Shown in pieces: positions 8,500 to 17,481 of a stretch of 64,000 nucleotides of DNA. Below the pieces are notes generated by a model. The model ran no database searches, had not been told where the DNA came from, and saw only the letters and a list, made by a program, of their open reading frames with translations. Every line of letters starts with the position of its first letter. The first letter of the stretch is position 1. The translations under genes were made by a program, and so were the position numbers. Location of the stretch: the IMG/VR virus record IMGVR_UViG_3300043399_000272, positions 62,001 through 126,000 of that record, one strand, 5' to 3'.

Positions 8500-9600
8500 T
8501 TACAAGCTGGGTAACGCCTCATAATCGATTGCATCACTCATAACACCAATAACATAGTTAGTAGATTCATTCTCTTGTAACGCAGTTTGCTTTTTACTAG
8601 TATCAGAATGTTTGTTAAACCAAGGAATAGGTGTTGTCTTTGGGTGAGGTTCTGTGTACTTAATACCGATTTCTTTCAATGCACTAACCGCAGTGTAATC
8701 AACAAAATCTTTAAGAACAGTCGCATTTAGACCAATAACTGGTCCTTTTTGAAACAAGTAATCTGCCCATTCTTTTTCTTCACGAATTACATCTAAGTAA
8801 ATTTTATAAACTTCGTCTTTAGTTTCTTCTGCAATTTTAGCAAAACGTGAGTCTTCTTTAACAACTTGGTTAATTAAGAAAGCAGTCCAACCTTTGTGTA
8901 ATAGTTCGTCTTGTAGAATCAAACTGATGATGTTGCCATTACCAATAAAGATTTTGTTTTCTACCATTGCTAGACTTGTCGCAAAAGAAACCATAAATCT
9001 AAATGCTTCTAATGCATAACTAGCGTGTAGTGCTAGATAGATTGCTTTAATGTGTTCATCTTCAGTAACAGTTTCACCTAGTTCTTTGCGACAGTTAATT
9101 TGGTGTAGTGCTTCATAGTAATTACCGACGCTAGAAGCCATACTAACAATTTCTTGTGTATCATGAATAGTGTTGAATACTTCTTTAGGAACATTGTAGA
9201 TGTTACGAATAATATGGCTGTAACTACGACTATGAATGTTTGTTTCAAAGAATGTCCAGTTATAAACTAGTGCTTCTAGTTCAGGTAAACTGATTACAGG
9301 TGTAAAAATCTGACTAGGACCTCTTCCCTGTAAACTATCTAGTGCAGTCTGACGCAATAAATTACTCGTAAAAATATGACGAACAGTTTCACTAGCATCT
9401 TTGAAATCACTAGCATCTTTAGTTAAACTGATTTCTTCCGGGACCCAAAAGAATCCACGTGCAGTTTGTTCAAAATCTGCAATCTTTTTATATTTTACTT
9501 CTTCGAATCGTTGAATAGTTACCGGGCCTTCTGGGTCTAGAAACATTTTGCGACTAAGATAATCTGTTTTTGTGTTTAAGTTATATTGTGCTTGGCTCAT
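8500..9600 (-). CDS. nrdB: ribonucleotide reductase class Ia beta subunit
   Basis: LDSLQGR, ETNIHSRSY, LEAFRF, DELLH iron ligands and radical Tyr; C-terminal NYVIG. Confidence 0.97.
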   Translation of the reverse strand: MSQAQYNLNTKTDYLSRKMFLDPEGPVTIQRFEEVKYKKIADFEQTARGFFWVPEEISLTKDASDFKDASETVRHIFTSNLLRQTALDSLQGRGPSQIFTPVISLPELEALVYNWTFFETNIHSRSYSHIIRNIYNVPKEVFNTIHDTQEIVSMASSVGNYYEALHQINCRKELGETVTEDEHIKAIYLALHASYALEAFRFMVSFATSLAMVENKIFIGNGNIISLILQDELLHKGWTAFLINQVVKEDSRFAKIAEETKDEVYKIYLDVIREEKEWADYLFQKGPVIGLNATVLKDFVDYTAVSALKEIGIKYTEPHPKTTPIPWFNKHSDTSKKQTALQENESTNYVIGVMSDAIDYEALPSL

Positions 9601-10184
9601 TTTTTCTTTACATTTAAAATTATATCAGCGAATGGATCAGGTGCAGCTACTGGGTGCTTAGCACATGCTTTGGGATCTCCTTGACCTGCTTCTGTTAAGA
9701 ATTCAATTCCTTTAGCAATCTGTCCAATTGGGCAGCTACAGTCTGCAACAGTAGTACCGTTAATGGGATCTTTTTTGTATCTACACATCATACCCCAGCA
9801 ATTAGCAGACCCTTGTGCTACGTCTCCTGAGCAAGATTGAACTTTCGCTCTTGTAGCACTCTTTGGAGTTTGTACAAAGTTATTTGCTTCTTGTGGATAA
9901 TGAATGCGAGGAGCAAATAGACTCCATACTTGCGTAGTAGGATCATCTACATTACATGACCCTTTCATTACACCAGCACTTAAATCTGCAATACTAGGAC
10001 CCTCTAGTACTGGACATTTACAAACAACTTCTGGGTATGAAACACCGTTATTAGTTGTAATAGTTTTTCCAGTCTTAGTACAAGTGCTAGCCGCACACAA
10101 TGCATACTTACCATTACAAATAGTAAGATCACCGGCAAATACGGACGTTGCAAAGAATAGAAATAATAGAATAATTTTTTTCAT
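9597..10184 (-). CDS. secreted cysteine-rich hypothetical protein
   Basis: Sec-type signal peptide MKKIILLFLFFATSVFA; 12 Cys in the mature part. Confidence 0.7.
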   Translation of the reverse strand: MKKIILLFLFFATSVFAGDLTICNGKYALCAASTCTKTGKTITTNNGVSYPEVVCKCPVLEGPSIADLSAGVMKGSCNVDDPTTQVWSLFAPRIHYPQEANNFVQTPKSATRAKVQSCSGDVAQGSANCWGMMCRYKKDPINGTTVADCSCPIGQIAKGIEFLTEAGQGDPKACAKHPVAAPDPFADIILNVKKK

Positions 10185-10194
10185 AATTTTTCAC

Positions 10195-11400
10195 TTAAAA
10201 TTGATCTTCTTCAGTTGAATGTTTATTAGCAACTGTAGACTTTGCTCCAACTGCTTCACTAATTAGGTCGAAATATCCAACACCTACTTCACGTTGATGT
10301 TTGACTGTGGTAAAGCCACGGTCTTGTGCAGCAAACTCTCGTTGTTGCATTTCACTGTAACCTGCCATGCCTCTTGCCTTGTAAGCCTCTGCTAGTTCGA
10401 ATGTAGCTAAGTTTACACTATGAAAGCCTGCAAGTGTAATGAATTGGAACTTATAACCCAATTCTCCTAGTTCTCTTTGGAATGTTTCACATTCGTCTTC
10501 ACTCAAAAACTTACGCCAATTAAAACTAGGACTGCAATTATAGGCAAGCATTTGGTCAGGATACTGTGCATGGATGGCGTCAGCGAACTTTCTAGCTTGT
10601 GCGATATCAGGCGTTGAAGTTTCGAACCATAAGAGATCAGCGTAAGGGGCATAAGCAAGACCTCTGCTAATACAAGCATCAATACCGTTTTTAAATTTGT
10701 AAAAACCTTCTTCAGTTCTTTCATTGATTACAAAGTCCTTGTCTAATGGGTCGTGGTCACTAGTAATAAGTGTAGCTGCTTCGGCATCTGTTCGTGCCAT
10801 AATAACAGTATCAACACCTGCAACATCTGCTGCTAGTCGTGCAGCATTCAATGTACGAATCATTTGGCTTGTGGGTACTAGAACTTTACCACCCAAGTGA
10901 CCACATTTCTTTTCACTAGCTAATTGGTCTTCAAAGTGTACACCAGCGGCGCCTGCTTCAATCATTGCTGCCATTAGCTCATATGCATTCAATGCACCAC
11001 CGAACCCAGCTTCTGCATCTGCAACGATAGGCAAGAAATAGTCTGTTTCAACTTTGCCTTCGCTGTGTTCAATTTGGTCTGCACGACGGAAAGCGTTGTT
11101 AATACCTTTAACAACACGAGGTACAGAATCAACAGGATAGAGTGATTGATCCGGGTATGTTTGATTTGAGGTATTGTTTGCACCGGCAACTTGCCATCCT
11201 GACAAGTAAATTGCTTTTAAGCCAGCTTTAGCATGTTGTACTGCCATTTGTCCATTATATGCACCTAGTGTATTGATGTATGGTTCTGTTGCTAGCAATT
11301 CACGTAGTTTTGTCGCTCCGCGTTTCGCTAGTGTGTGTTCAATCTGTACGCTACCTTGTAGCTTTTTAACTGTGTCTTGTGTGTAGTTTCTCTTTTTCAT
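10195..11400 (-). CDS. aceA: isocitrate lyase
   Basis: [25 protein letters not shown], catalytic [27 protein letters not shown]. Confidence 0.97.
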   Translation of the reverse strand: MKKRNYTQDTVKKLQGSVQIEHTLAKRGATKLRELLATEPYINTLGAYNGQMAVQHAKAGLKAIYLSGWQVAGANNTSNQTYPDQSLYPVDSVPRVVKGINNAFRRADQIEHSEGKVETDYFLPIVADAEAGFGGALNAYELMAAMIEAGAAGVHFEDQLASEKKCGHLGGKVLVPTSQMIRTLNAARLAADVAGVDTVIMARTDAEAATLITSDHDPLDKDFVINERTEEGFYKFKNGIDACISRGLAYAPYADLLWFETSTPDIAQARKFADAIHAQYPDQMLAYNCSPSFNWRKFLSEDECETFQRELGELGYKFQFITLAGFHSVNLATFELAEAYKARGMAGYSEMQQREFAAQDRGFTTVKHQREVGVGYFDLISEAVGAKSTVANKHSTEEDQF

Positions 11401-11409
11401 TTAGTTTCC

Positions 11410-11733
11410 TTATACTCTAAAACTTTCTCCGCACCCGCATCTATCACGTTCATTCGGGTTCTTAAATTCAAATCCTTCATTCAATCCATTACGTACATAA
11501 TCAATTACGGTGCCATACAAATAAGGTCGATATTTTGGATCCATAAATACTTTGACTCCGTTGCTCTCGTGATGTTCTATGCAATGCGGGTTTTCGTTAT
11601 CTAAAAATTCAAGCACGTAAGCTAGACCACTGCAACCAGTAGTTTTAACACCTATTAGAACACCCAATCCTTTTCCGCGCTTACTGATTTGTTGTTTGAT
11701 TTTTTTAGCAGCAATATCAGTGACTGTTATCAT
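11410..11733 (-). CDS. iscA: A-type Fe-S carrier IscA
   Basis: GVKTTGCSGLAY and C-terminal CGCGESF. Confidence 0.93.
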   Translation of the reverse strand: MITVTDIAAKKIKQQISKRGKGLGVLIGVKTTGCSGLAYVLEFLDNENPHCIEHHESNGVKVFMDPKYRPYLYGTVIDYVRNGLNEGFEFKNPNERDRCGCGESFRV

Positions 11734-12103
11734 GCTTCTTCCTGTAATCTTCTACTGCGGCTTTAATAGCGTCTTCGGCTAAGATTGAACAATGAATTTT
11801 AACAGGGGGCAATGCAAGTTCTTCTGCGATTTGACTATTCTTTAATGCTGCTGCTTCGTCCAACGTTTTGCCTTTGACCCACTCAGTAACAAGACTACTG
11901 GATGCGATGGCAGAGCCACAGCCGTATGTTTTAAACTTTGCATCAGTAATAATACCATCTTCTACTTTTATCTGTAGTTTCATCACATCACCGCAAGCTG
12001 GGGCACCGACCATACCAGTACCTACATCAACGTCATCTTTTGAAAACGATCCTACATTTCTAGGATTTTCATAATGATCTATAACTGCTTCGCTATATGC
12101 CAT
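11717..12103 (-). CDS. iscU: Fe-S scaffold IscU
   Basis: YSEAVIDHYENPRNVG, APACGD, YGCGSAIASSS, LPPVKIHCS; all three Cys intact. Confidence 0.97.
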   Translation of the reverse strand: MAYSEAVIDHYENPRNVGSFSKDDVDVGTGMVGAPACGDVMKLQIKVEDGIITDAKFKTYGCGSAIASSSLVTEWVKGKTLDEAAALKNSQIAEELALPPVKIHCSILAEDAIKAAVEDYRKKHDNSH

Positions 12104-12116
12104 ATCCGTCTCCTAT

Positions 12117-12443
12117 TTAAATTGAAAAGCTACTACCACATCCACATGTAGTTTCTGCATTAGGGTTACTGATACTGAAACTACTGCCCATTAAATCTTC
12201 TTTGTAGTCAATTACTGCACCTGTCAAATATTGCATACTCATTGCATCAACTACAACTTTATATTTCTCGTCAACTGGAAATTCAAAATCATCTTCGTTT
12301 TGTTCAGGGTCAAACGTAAAACCGTACTGAAAACCTGAACACCCGCCACCTTGAACGAATGTCCTAAGTTTTAAATTTGCATCATTTTCTTCATTAAGAA
12401 GGTCAACGATTTTGAACTTTGCTGATTCTGTTATGGTAATCAT
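12117..12443 (-). CDS. erpA: A-type Fe-S carrier ErpA-like
   Basis: [16 protein letters not shown] and CGCGSSF. Confidence 0.9.
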   Translation of the reverse strand: MITITESAKFKIVDLLNEENDANLKLRTFVQGGGCSGFQYGFTFDPEQNEDDFEFPVDEKYKVVVDAMSMQYLTGAVIDYKEDLMGSSFSISNPNAETTCGCGSSFSI

Positions 12444-14755
12444 AATTTACATGCTTCACAATCTTCTTCTATCAGTTCGATGTTGTTAGGTAAATCTAAA
12501 ACTGCCTCGTCTTTTTGTTTACTTCCTTGTTTATTAATCAATGAGTAATAGAATGTCTTAATACCCCACATCTGAGATTGCATTAGATTCTTAGCAATCA
12601 ATGTTGTCGGTACTTTACGACCTTCAAAATGTGCAGGATTATAGAAAGTATTTGTTGAAATAGATTGGTCAACATATGCTTGCAATACAGCGGCTGTTTT
12701 TAGATACGCATCGCAATCTTTCTGTTCCCACATTAACTGATATTTATTCTTTAACTTATGGTATTCAGGTACAACTTGAGTAAACGATCCTGCTTTACTT
12801 TCTTTGACAGTAATCAAACTCATTGGCATTTCGATACCGTTAGTTGAGTTAATAACAACGCTAGAACTTTCAACAGGTGCAATAGCCATTTGAGTAGCGT
12901 TTCGTACTCCATAAGCTCTCATTTGGGCACGAAGGCCTTCCCAATTTAACTCTGGCGTAAAGTCTGCTAATTCATTGACACCTGGTGCTCTGCGCTCCCA
13001 AGGGAAGATACCTTGACCATAATATGTCTTATCGCTATCAACACATCTACCTCTTTCCTGTGCTAACTCAACACTAGCTTCAGTCAAGTAGAATGCTTGA
13101 TGTTCCATAAAAGATTTTACTTCCTTCAGTGCTTCTTCTGTACCATACTTTAGTCCACGTTTGGCATGCCAGTAAGCTAAGTTAGTAACACCGATACCCA
13201 ATGGGCGGATCTCGTCATTGCTTAATTTACTTTGTATACTCAAGAAATCTTGGTAATCAAGTATATTGTTAAGGCTACGGTGCAAAATACGGCAAGCACG
13301 GCGCATGTCTTCTGGATTACGGAAGGCGCCCCAGTTGATTGATCCGAGTGTGCAAAGAGCGATACGACCAGAATCATCATCCAGACGTTTAAAGGGTTTA
13401 GTAGGAAGAAGTATTTCACAGCAAAGATTACTCTGGTAAATTGTATGATAATCAGGATCAAAAGGACCTTGATTCATTACGTTATCGATAAAAACTAGAT
13501 AGATACGTCCAGTGTCTGTACGCTCTTTAAGGATACCGCCCTTGAAGACTTCCTCAGCACTCATTACTTTCTTTCGAAGGCTCTTATTTTTTTCATACTT
13601 GACATATAATTCTTCAAATAATTCGGTGCTCGAATAGAAAGCCTCATAGAGGTCGGGTACCTCGTTAGGGTCGAAAAATGTGATATTTTCCTTGTTCTTA
13701 AATCTACGCCAAAAGAATGCTGATAGTACCACCCCGTAATCCATGTGTCGTACTCGTGTTTCTTCTGTTCCTTGATTGTTTTTGAGAACAATAAGGTCAT
13801 CAAATTGGTGATGCCATATGGGATAGAAAACTGTAGCACTAGCATTACGAATGCCTCCTTGTGAACAACTACGCAAATCACCGAACCACTTCTTTAAAAA
13901 AGGTATCATCCCAGTGTGCATGATTTCCCCTCCACGAATGGGAGAACCTAATGAACGTAGACGACCAATCTCTAAACCGATGCCAGCACGTTTACTAGCA
14001 TACTTTGCCATCATTTCGCCACTAGCAAAAATGGAGTCTAAATCATCATCACTGCGAATGAGTACACAACTTGAAAACTGCTTGGTAGGAGTACCAAGAC
14101 CAGCTAATACAGGTGTTGCTAATGTAAATAGCCCATCACTAGCAGCATTGTAATATTCTTTGATATAGCGCATTCTTGCGCTGTTAGGTTCTTCTTTATG
14201 AAAAACAGTAGCCGCAGCAATCATGTAACGAACTTGCGGCGTTTCATATGTTTGTTTAGTAGAACGATTGCGAACTAGGTATTTTTCAATCAATTGTTCG
14301 ATTGCAGCATACGAATACTGTTCATCTTTTGAATGGTCTAGCATGTCATCCATCTTGTCCCATTCTTCTTCTGTATACCACTCTAATAGTTCAGGTGTGT
14401 ATAAACCTGTAGCAATATTAGTTTTAACTATTTCGTACAGTCTGGGAGGTGTATAGTCGCCATAGACATCCTTACGTAGCATACTTACACGTTGTTTACC
14501 AGCAACGTATTGGTAGTTTGTGTGACCGATTTCTGGATTTGACTCTACATCGATTAAATCTACGATAGCACGTAGAGTAATTTCATCGATTTCTTTAGTA
14601 GTGATTCCATCATAAAAATGTAACTGCGATTTAATCTCAATCATACTTGAGCTAACATCTGCGATCCCTTTACAAACTTTTGCTACTTGCGCTTGCCATT
14701 TTTCTAGGTTAAGTGGTTCTTTTTTTCCAGAACGCTTAGTTACGTTTATAATCAT
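12440..14755 (-). CDS. nrdA: ribonucleotide reductase class Ia alpha subunit with N-terminal ATP cone
   Basis: VTKRSG ATP cone, QFSSC, SNLCCEI, CTLGSIN, TFYY, C-terminal CEAC. Confidence 0.97.
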   Translation of the reverse strand: MIINVTKRSGKKEPLNLEKWQAQVAKVCKGIADVSSSMIEIKSQLHFYDGITTKEIDEITLRAIVDLIDVESNPEIGHTNYQYVAGKQRVSMLRKDVYGDYTPPRLYEIVKTNIATGLYTPELLEWYTEEEWDKMDDMLDHSKDEQYSYAAIEQLIEKYLVRNRSTKQTYETPQVRYMIAAATVFHKEEPNSARMRYIKEYYNAASDGLFTLATPVLAGLGTPTKQFSSCVLIRSDDDLDSIFASGEMMAKYASKRAGIGLEIGRLRSLGSPIRGGEIMHTGMIPFLKKWFGDLRSCSQGGIRNASATVFYPIWHHQFDDLIVLKNNQGTEETRVRHMDYGVVLSAFFWRRFKNKENITFFDPNEVPDLYEAFYSSTELFEELYVKYEKNKSLRKKVMSAEEVFKGGILKERTDTGRIYLVFIDNVMNQGPFDPDYHTIYQSNLCCEILLPTKPFKRLDDDSGRIALCTLGSINWGAFRNPEDMRRACRILHRSLNNILDYQDFLSIQSKLSNDEIRPLGIGVTNLAYWHAKRGLKYGTEEALKEVKSFMEHQAFYLTEASVELAQERGRCVDSDKTYYGQGIFPWERRAPGVNELADFTPELNWEGLRAQMRAYGVRNATQMAIAPVESSSVVINSTNGIEMPMSLITVKESKAGSFTQVVPEYHKLKNKYQLMWEQKDCDAYLKTAAVLQAYVDQSISTNTFYNPAHFEGRKVPTTLIAKNLMQSQMWGIKTFYYSLINKQGSKQKDEAVLDLPNNIELIEEDCEACKL

Positions 14756-14873
14756 GTGTTGCCTGTTGTGTTTTTATATTAAATTGTACTGCTTTAAAAA
14801 ATGTTTTAGATTATTACTTATCACGGATCGGACTAGTAATTCAATATATATTTTACGCTGTAGGTATGACTAA

Positions 14874-15027
14874 TAGTATATCATATACTACTCTAGGTAA
14901 CAATAGTAGTTAGAACTGTTTGGATAATCAGACATTGACTAGCTATTAGTTTGGGTAGTCAAATGTAGGAAAGGTTACAAAATTTTGTAACCTTTTTATG
15001 GTATAATATGAATAGTTCATATTATAC
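14874..15027. repeat. cluster of inverted repeats upstream of nrdA
   Basis: 17-bp palindrome 14874-14890; stem 14932-14966; perfect 26-bp palindrome 14970-14995; 12-bp stem with 3-nt loop 15001-15027. Confidence 0.85.
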
Positions 15028-15037
15028 TTATCAACAA

Positions 15038-15682
15038 TCAATCAATGTGTTTAGAAATGTCTTGTTTGATTTTGTCAATTTCCAAATACAAATCTTTGAT
15101 AGCTTCGACTAAAAATGCTGTGATGGCTGCGTAGTTAACGGTTTTCTTTTCGCCATCAGTAACTGCATTTGGCATTACTTTTTCAACTTCTTGAGCAATA
15201 ACACCGTAACTACTACCGGAACCATCTGTCCAATCGAAACTATATCCCGATATTTGTTCTAAGATTTGTCTTACTTTTTCTAACTTGACTAAGTTTGTTT
15301 TAAAGTTTCCGTCAGACAATGAGTTAAAGTCAGTAGCTGCTAGGGCGCCTGTACTTGGATTAAAATACAGTTTAGAACTTGATACGTTTGCTGAGGAAAT
15401 TGTACCTGAAGTTGCAGTAGTTAACGTTGGGTAATAGTTAGCATTAGTAGAGGTGTCATCTGTGATTGAAGTACCAGCTGACACGGTTGACCAACTCAGA
15501 ACCCCTGATCCGTTCGTAGTTAGAACTTGCCCGTTACTTCCTCCGGTGATAGTTACGTTACTGGCAGAACCAAAAATTACATTACCTGTGTTTGCAACTA
15601 CGTTACTTGTAACAGTAACTTTATTAAATGTGAAGTCGCTTGTTTCATCGACTATGTATGGTTTAATTTTTACTAATGCCAT
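15038..15682 (-). CDS. short fibre protein with C-terminal intramolecular chaperone (peptidase S74-like)
   Basis: SDGNFKTN...GYSFDW...GVIAQEVEKVMP...VNY...LVEAIKDL; one ITGGxxGQVLxTxGxGxLSW module. Confidence 0.85.
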   Translation of the reverse strand: MALVKIKPYIVDETSDFTFNKVTVTSNVVANTGNVIFGSASNVTITGGSNGQVLTTNGSGVLSWSTVSAGTSITDDTSTNANYYPTLTTATSGTISSANVSSSKLYFNPSTGALAATDFNSLSDGNFKTNLVKLEKVRQILEQISGYSFDWTDGSGSSYGVIAQEVEKVMPNAVTDGEKKTVNYAAITAFLVEAIKDLYLEIDKIKQDISKHID

Positions 15683-15702
15683 ATTTTTTACCTTTTATTA
15701 TG

Positions 15703-15710
15703 TATTTATT
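15703..15710 (-). promoter_or_regulatory. late promoter-like motif (AATAAATA)
   Basis: About 20 nt upstream of the 15682 start. Confidence 0.5.
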
Positions 15711-17481
15711 ATCCTGGATATCCACCCGCTGCTGCACGGAATCCTTTATCTGCGGTAGACCCTCTTACCGCCATTGTAGTAGTATCTGATGAGTATGTAA
15801 TACGATCTATAACTGTACCAGCAGATGGCCCCCAAACAACCCCTCCCATGAACCACCCGTAATCGATACTACCGGTTGCTCCTATGTATCGTCTACCGCG
15901 AGATATTGGACCACGTGTTGCAGCAGTTCCTGTGTCAGATGCGAAAGTAATTCTATCAACATAAGTCCATACTGTCGGGTATTGACCAAGTCCACCAGCA
16001 AACCATCCATAGTTACTATTTCCAGCAGCACCTATACCGTATCTAGCTGATGATAATGGGCCCCTAGCACTGGCAGTAGTATTATCATTAGCATAGTCAA
16101 CACGGCTGACTCTTGATAACTTGTTCGGGTTAGCACCGCCGCCCCACCATCCGAAGTCACTGTTTCCAGTTGCGGCAACAAAGTATGTAGAGGCTGCTAG
16201 AGGACCTCTAGTCTCACTTGTGTTTAAATCACTAGCATAGGTTATCCTAGTTACAACTGAAACACCAGTAGAAGTTCCGCCGCCGCCACCAAAGTAACCA
16301 TAATTTTGATTACCAGTTGCATATCCTTGATATCTTCCGAACGATAACGGGCCTCGATCTGTAGCGGCAGCATTGTCATTAGAGTAATCTAATCTACATA
16401 TTAATGTCGTATTACTACCGTTTCCAAACCAACCATAACTGCTATTACCGGTAGCCGACATGTATTGGGTGTTGATTGTAGATCCACGTAATGTTGTTGC
16501 AACGTTGTCATTGCTATAATCAATGCGGTCTGATTGAGAAGTAGATGGGCTACTAGTACCTGATGCAAACCAACCATAATTAGCATCAACTGGCAAGGCA
16601 GCTACTGCCCAATTCAATGTTATATTTGCTGTTTTGCTAGTGTTAGTTGCGGTAGCAGTAATTAAACTAGAACTATTACCTGCAGTAGTAAATGTACCAA
16701 ATATATTAGCGGTACCTACACTTAACCCTGCCGGTAGTACATTTGCACTGTATGTTACTGGACTTCCTATTGCACTACTAGCACTTAGTGATACCGAAAA
16801 TACATCATTTACAACATTGCTATAACTTGCACCATTAGCAGGTGTACTCCAAGTAACTACGTCTGGGTTAACTGTAACGCTAAACGATCTACGTGTATCT
16901 TGTAGTTCTGTATCAATTGCATCTACCCCAAATGTGTATGTAGTAGAACTTGATACTGATCCCGCTGTACCTGTAATTGCACCCGTAGAAGAATTTAATG
17001 AACCACCTGACACTAATGTCCCTGTACCAACACTATATGTAATAGTACTATCACTTGTTGCAGACAGAGTATAATTCAATGTTTGTGTTTCGTATAACGT
17101 ACCTAAGCTGCCTGCAGCAGTATTCCAAGTAGGAGTACCACTATATTGCATTCCAGGAATATATATACCAGTACCACCGTCAGAATTAATTACATACAAA
17201 TTATATGATCCGGAAGCTTTTGCAGGACTTATGAACGTGATTGTATTAGAATCTACTACTGAGACAACTCCTATAGTAGAACCGTCAACAGTAACTATTG
17301 CACCAGTTTGAAATCCAGAACCATTAATTGTAATAGTTTGGCCTCCTGCAGTTGACGCTGCGGTATCATCACCTGGATAAGTAATCGAGTTAATTTTTGG
17401 TGATGCAATAGCATCTAACGTAGGTGCTAGAACTTCAGTAAGTGCTTGATTTTGTAATGTAGAGTATGATTGTGTAGTCAT
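15709..17481 (-). CDS. virion protein with IPT/TIG and Ig-like domains plus a C-terminal six-repeat propeller
   Basis: GGQTITINGSGF...ITFISPA (IPT); LPAGLSV (Ig-like); six xGNxxYGWFxGG...DRIxYxxD...RGPL repeats; ATG 17481 overlaps the upstream stop (TAATG). Confidence 0.75.
   Translation of the reverse strand: MTTQSYSTLQNQALTEVLAPTLDAIASPKINSITYPGDDTAASTAGGQTITINGSGFQTGAIVTVDGSTIGVVSVVDSNTITFISPAKASGSYNLYVINSDGGTGIYIPGMQYSGTPTWNTAAGSLGTLYETQTLNYTLSATSDSTITYSVGTGTLVSGGSLNSSTGAITGTAGSVSSSTTYTFGVDAIDTELQDTRRSFSVTVNPDVVTWSTPANGASYSNVVNDVFSVSLSASSAIGSPVTYSANVLPAGLSVGTANIFGTFTTAGNSSSLITATATNTSKTANITLNWAVAALPVDANYGWFASGTSSPSTSQSDRIDYSNDNVATTLRGSTINTQYMSATGNSSYGWFGNGSNTTLICRLDYSNDNAAATDRGPLSFGRYQGYATGNQNYGYFGGGGGTSTGVSVVTRITYASDLNTSETRGPLAASTYFVAATGNSDFGWWGGGANPNKLSRVSRVDYANDNTTASARGPLSSARYGIGAAGNSNYGWFAGGLGQYPTVWTYVDRITFASDTGTAATRGPISRGRRYIGATGSIDYGWFMGGVVWGPSAGTVIDRITYSSDTTTMAVRGSTADKGFRAAAGGYPG

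Noticed and set aside
10195-12443. Interpretation as a host chromosomal fragment fused to the phage contig
   Set aside because: The genes overlap or abut nrdA and their neighbours, share the AT-rich codon style, and lack the iscR/iscS/hscAB context expected in a host; considered unlikely, though only read mapping can exclude it
8500-14755. Group I introns or inteins in nrdA/nrdB, common in T4-like phages
   Set aside because: Both ORFs are continuous, of normal length, and show no intein or homing-endonuclease motifs
14835-14856. NrdR-box-like sequence upstream of nrdA (TTCAATATATATTTT)
   Set aside because: Lacks the conserved G of the right half and the flanking ACA/TGT; AT-rich chance match
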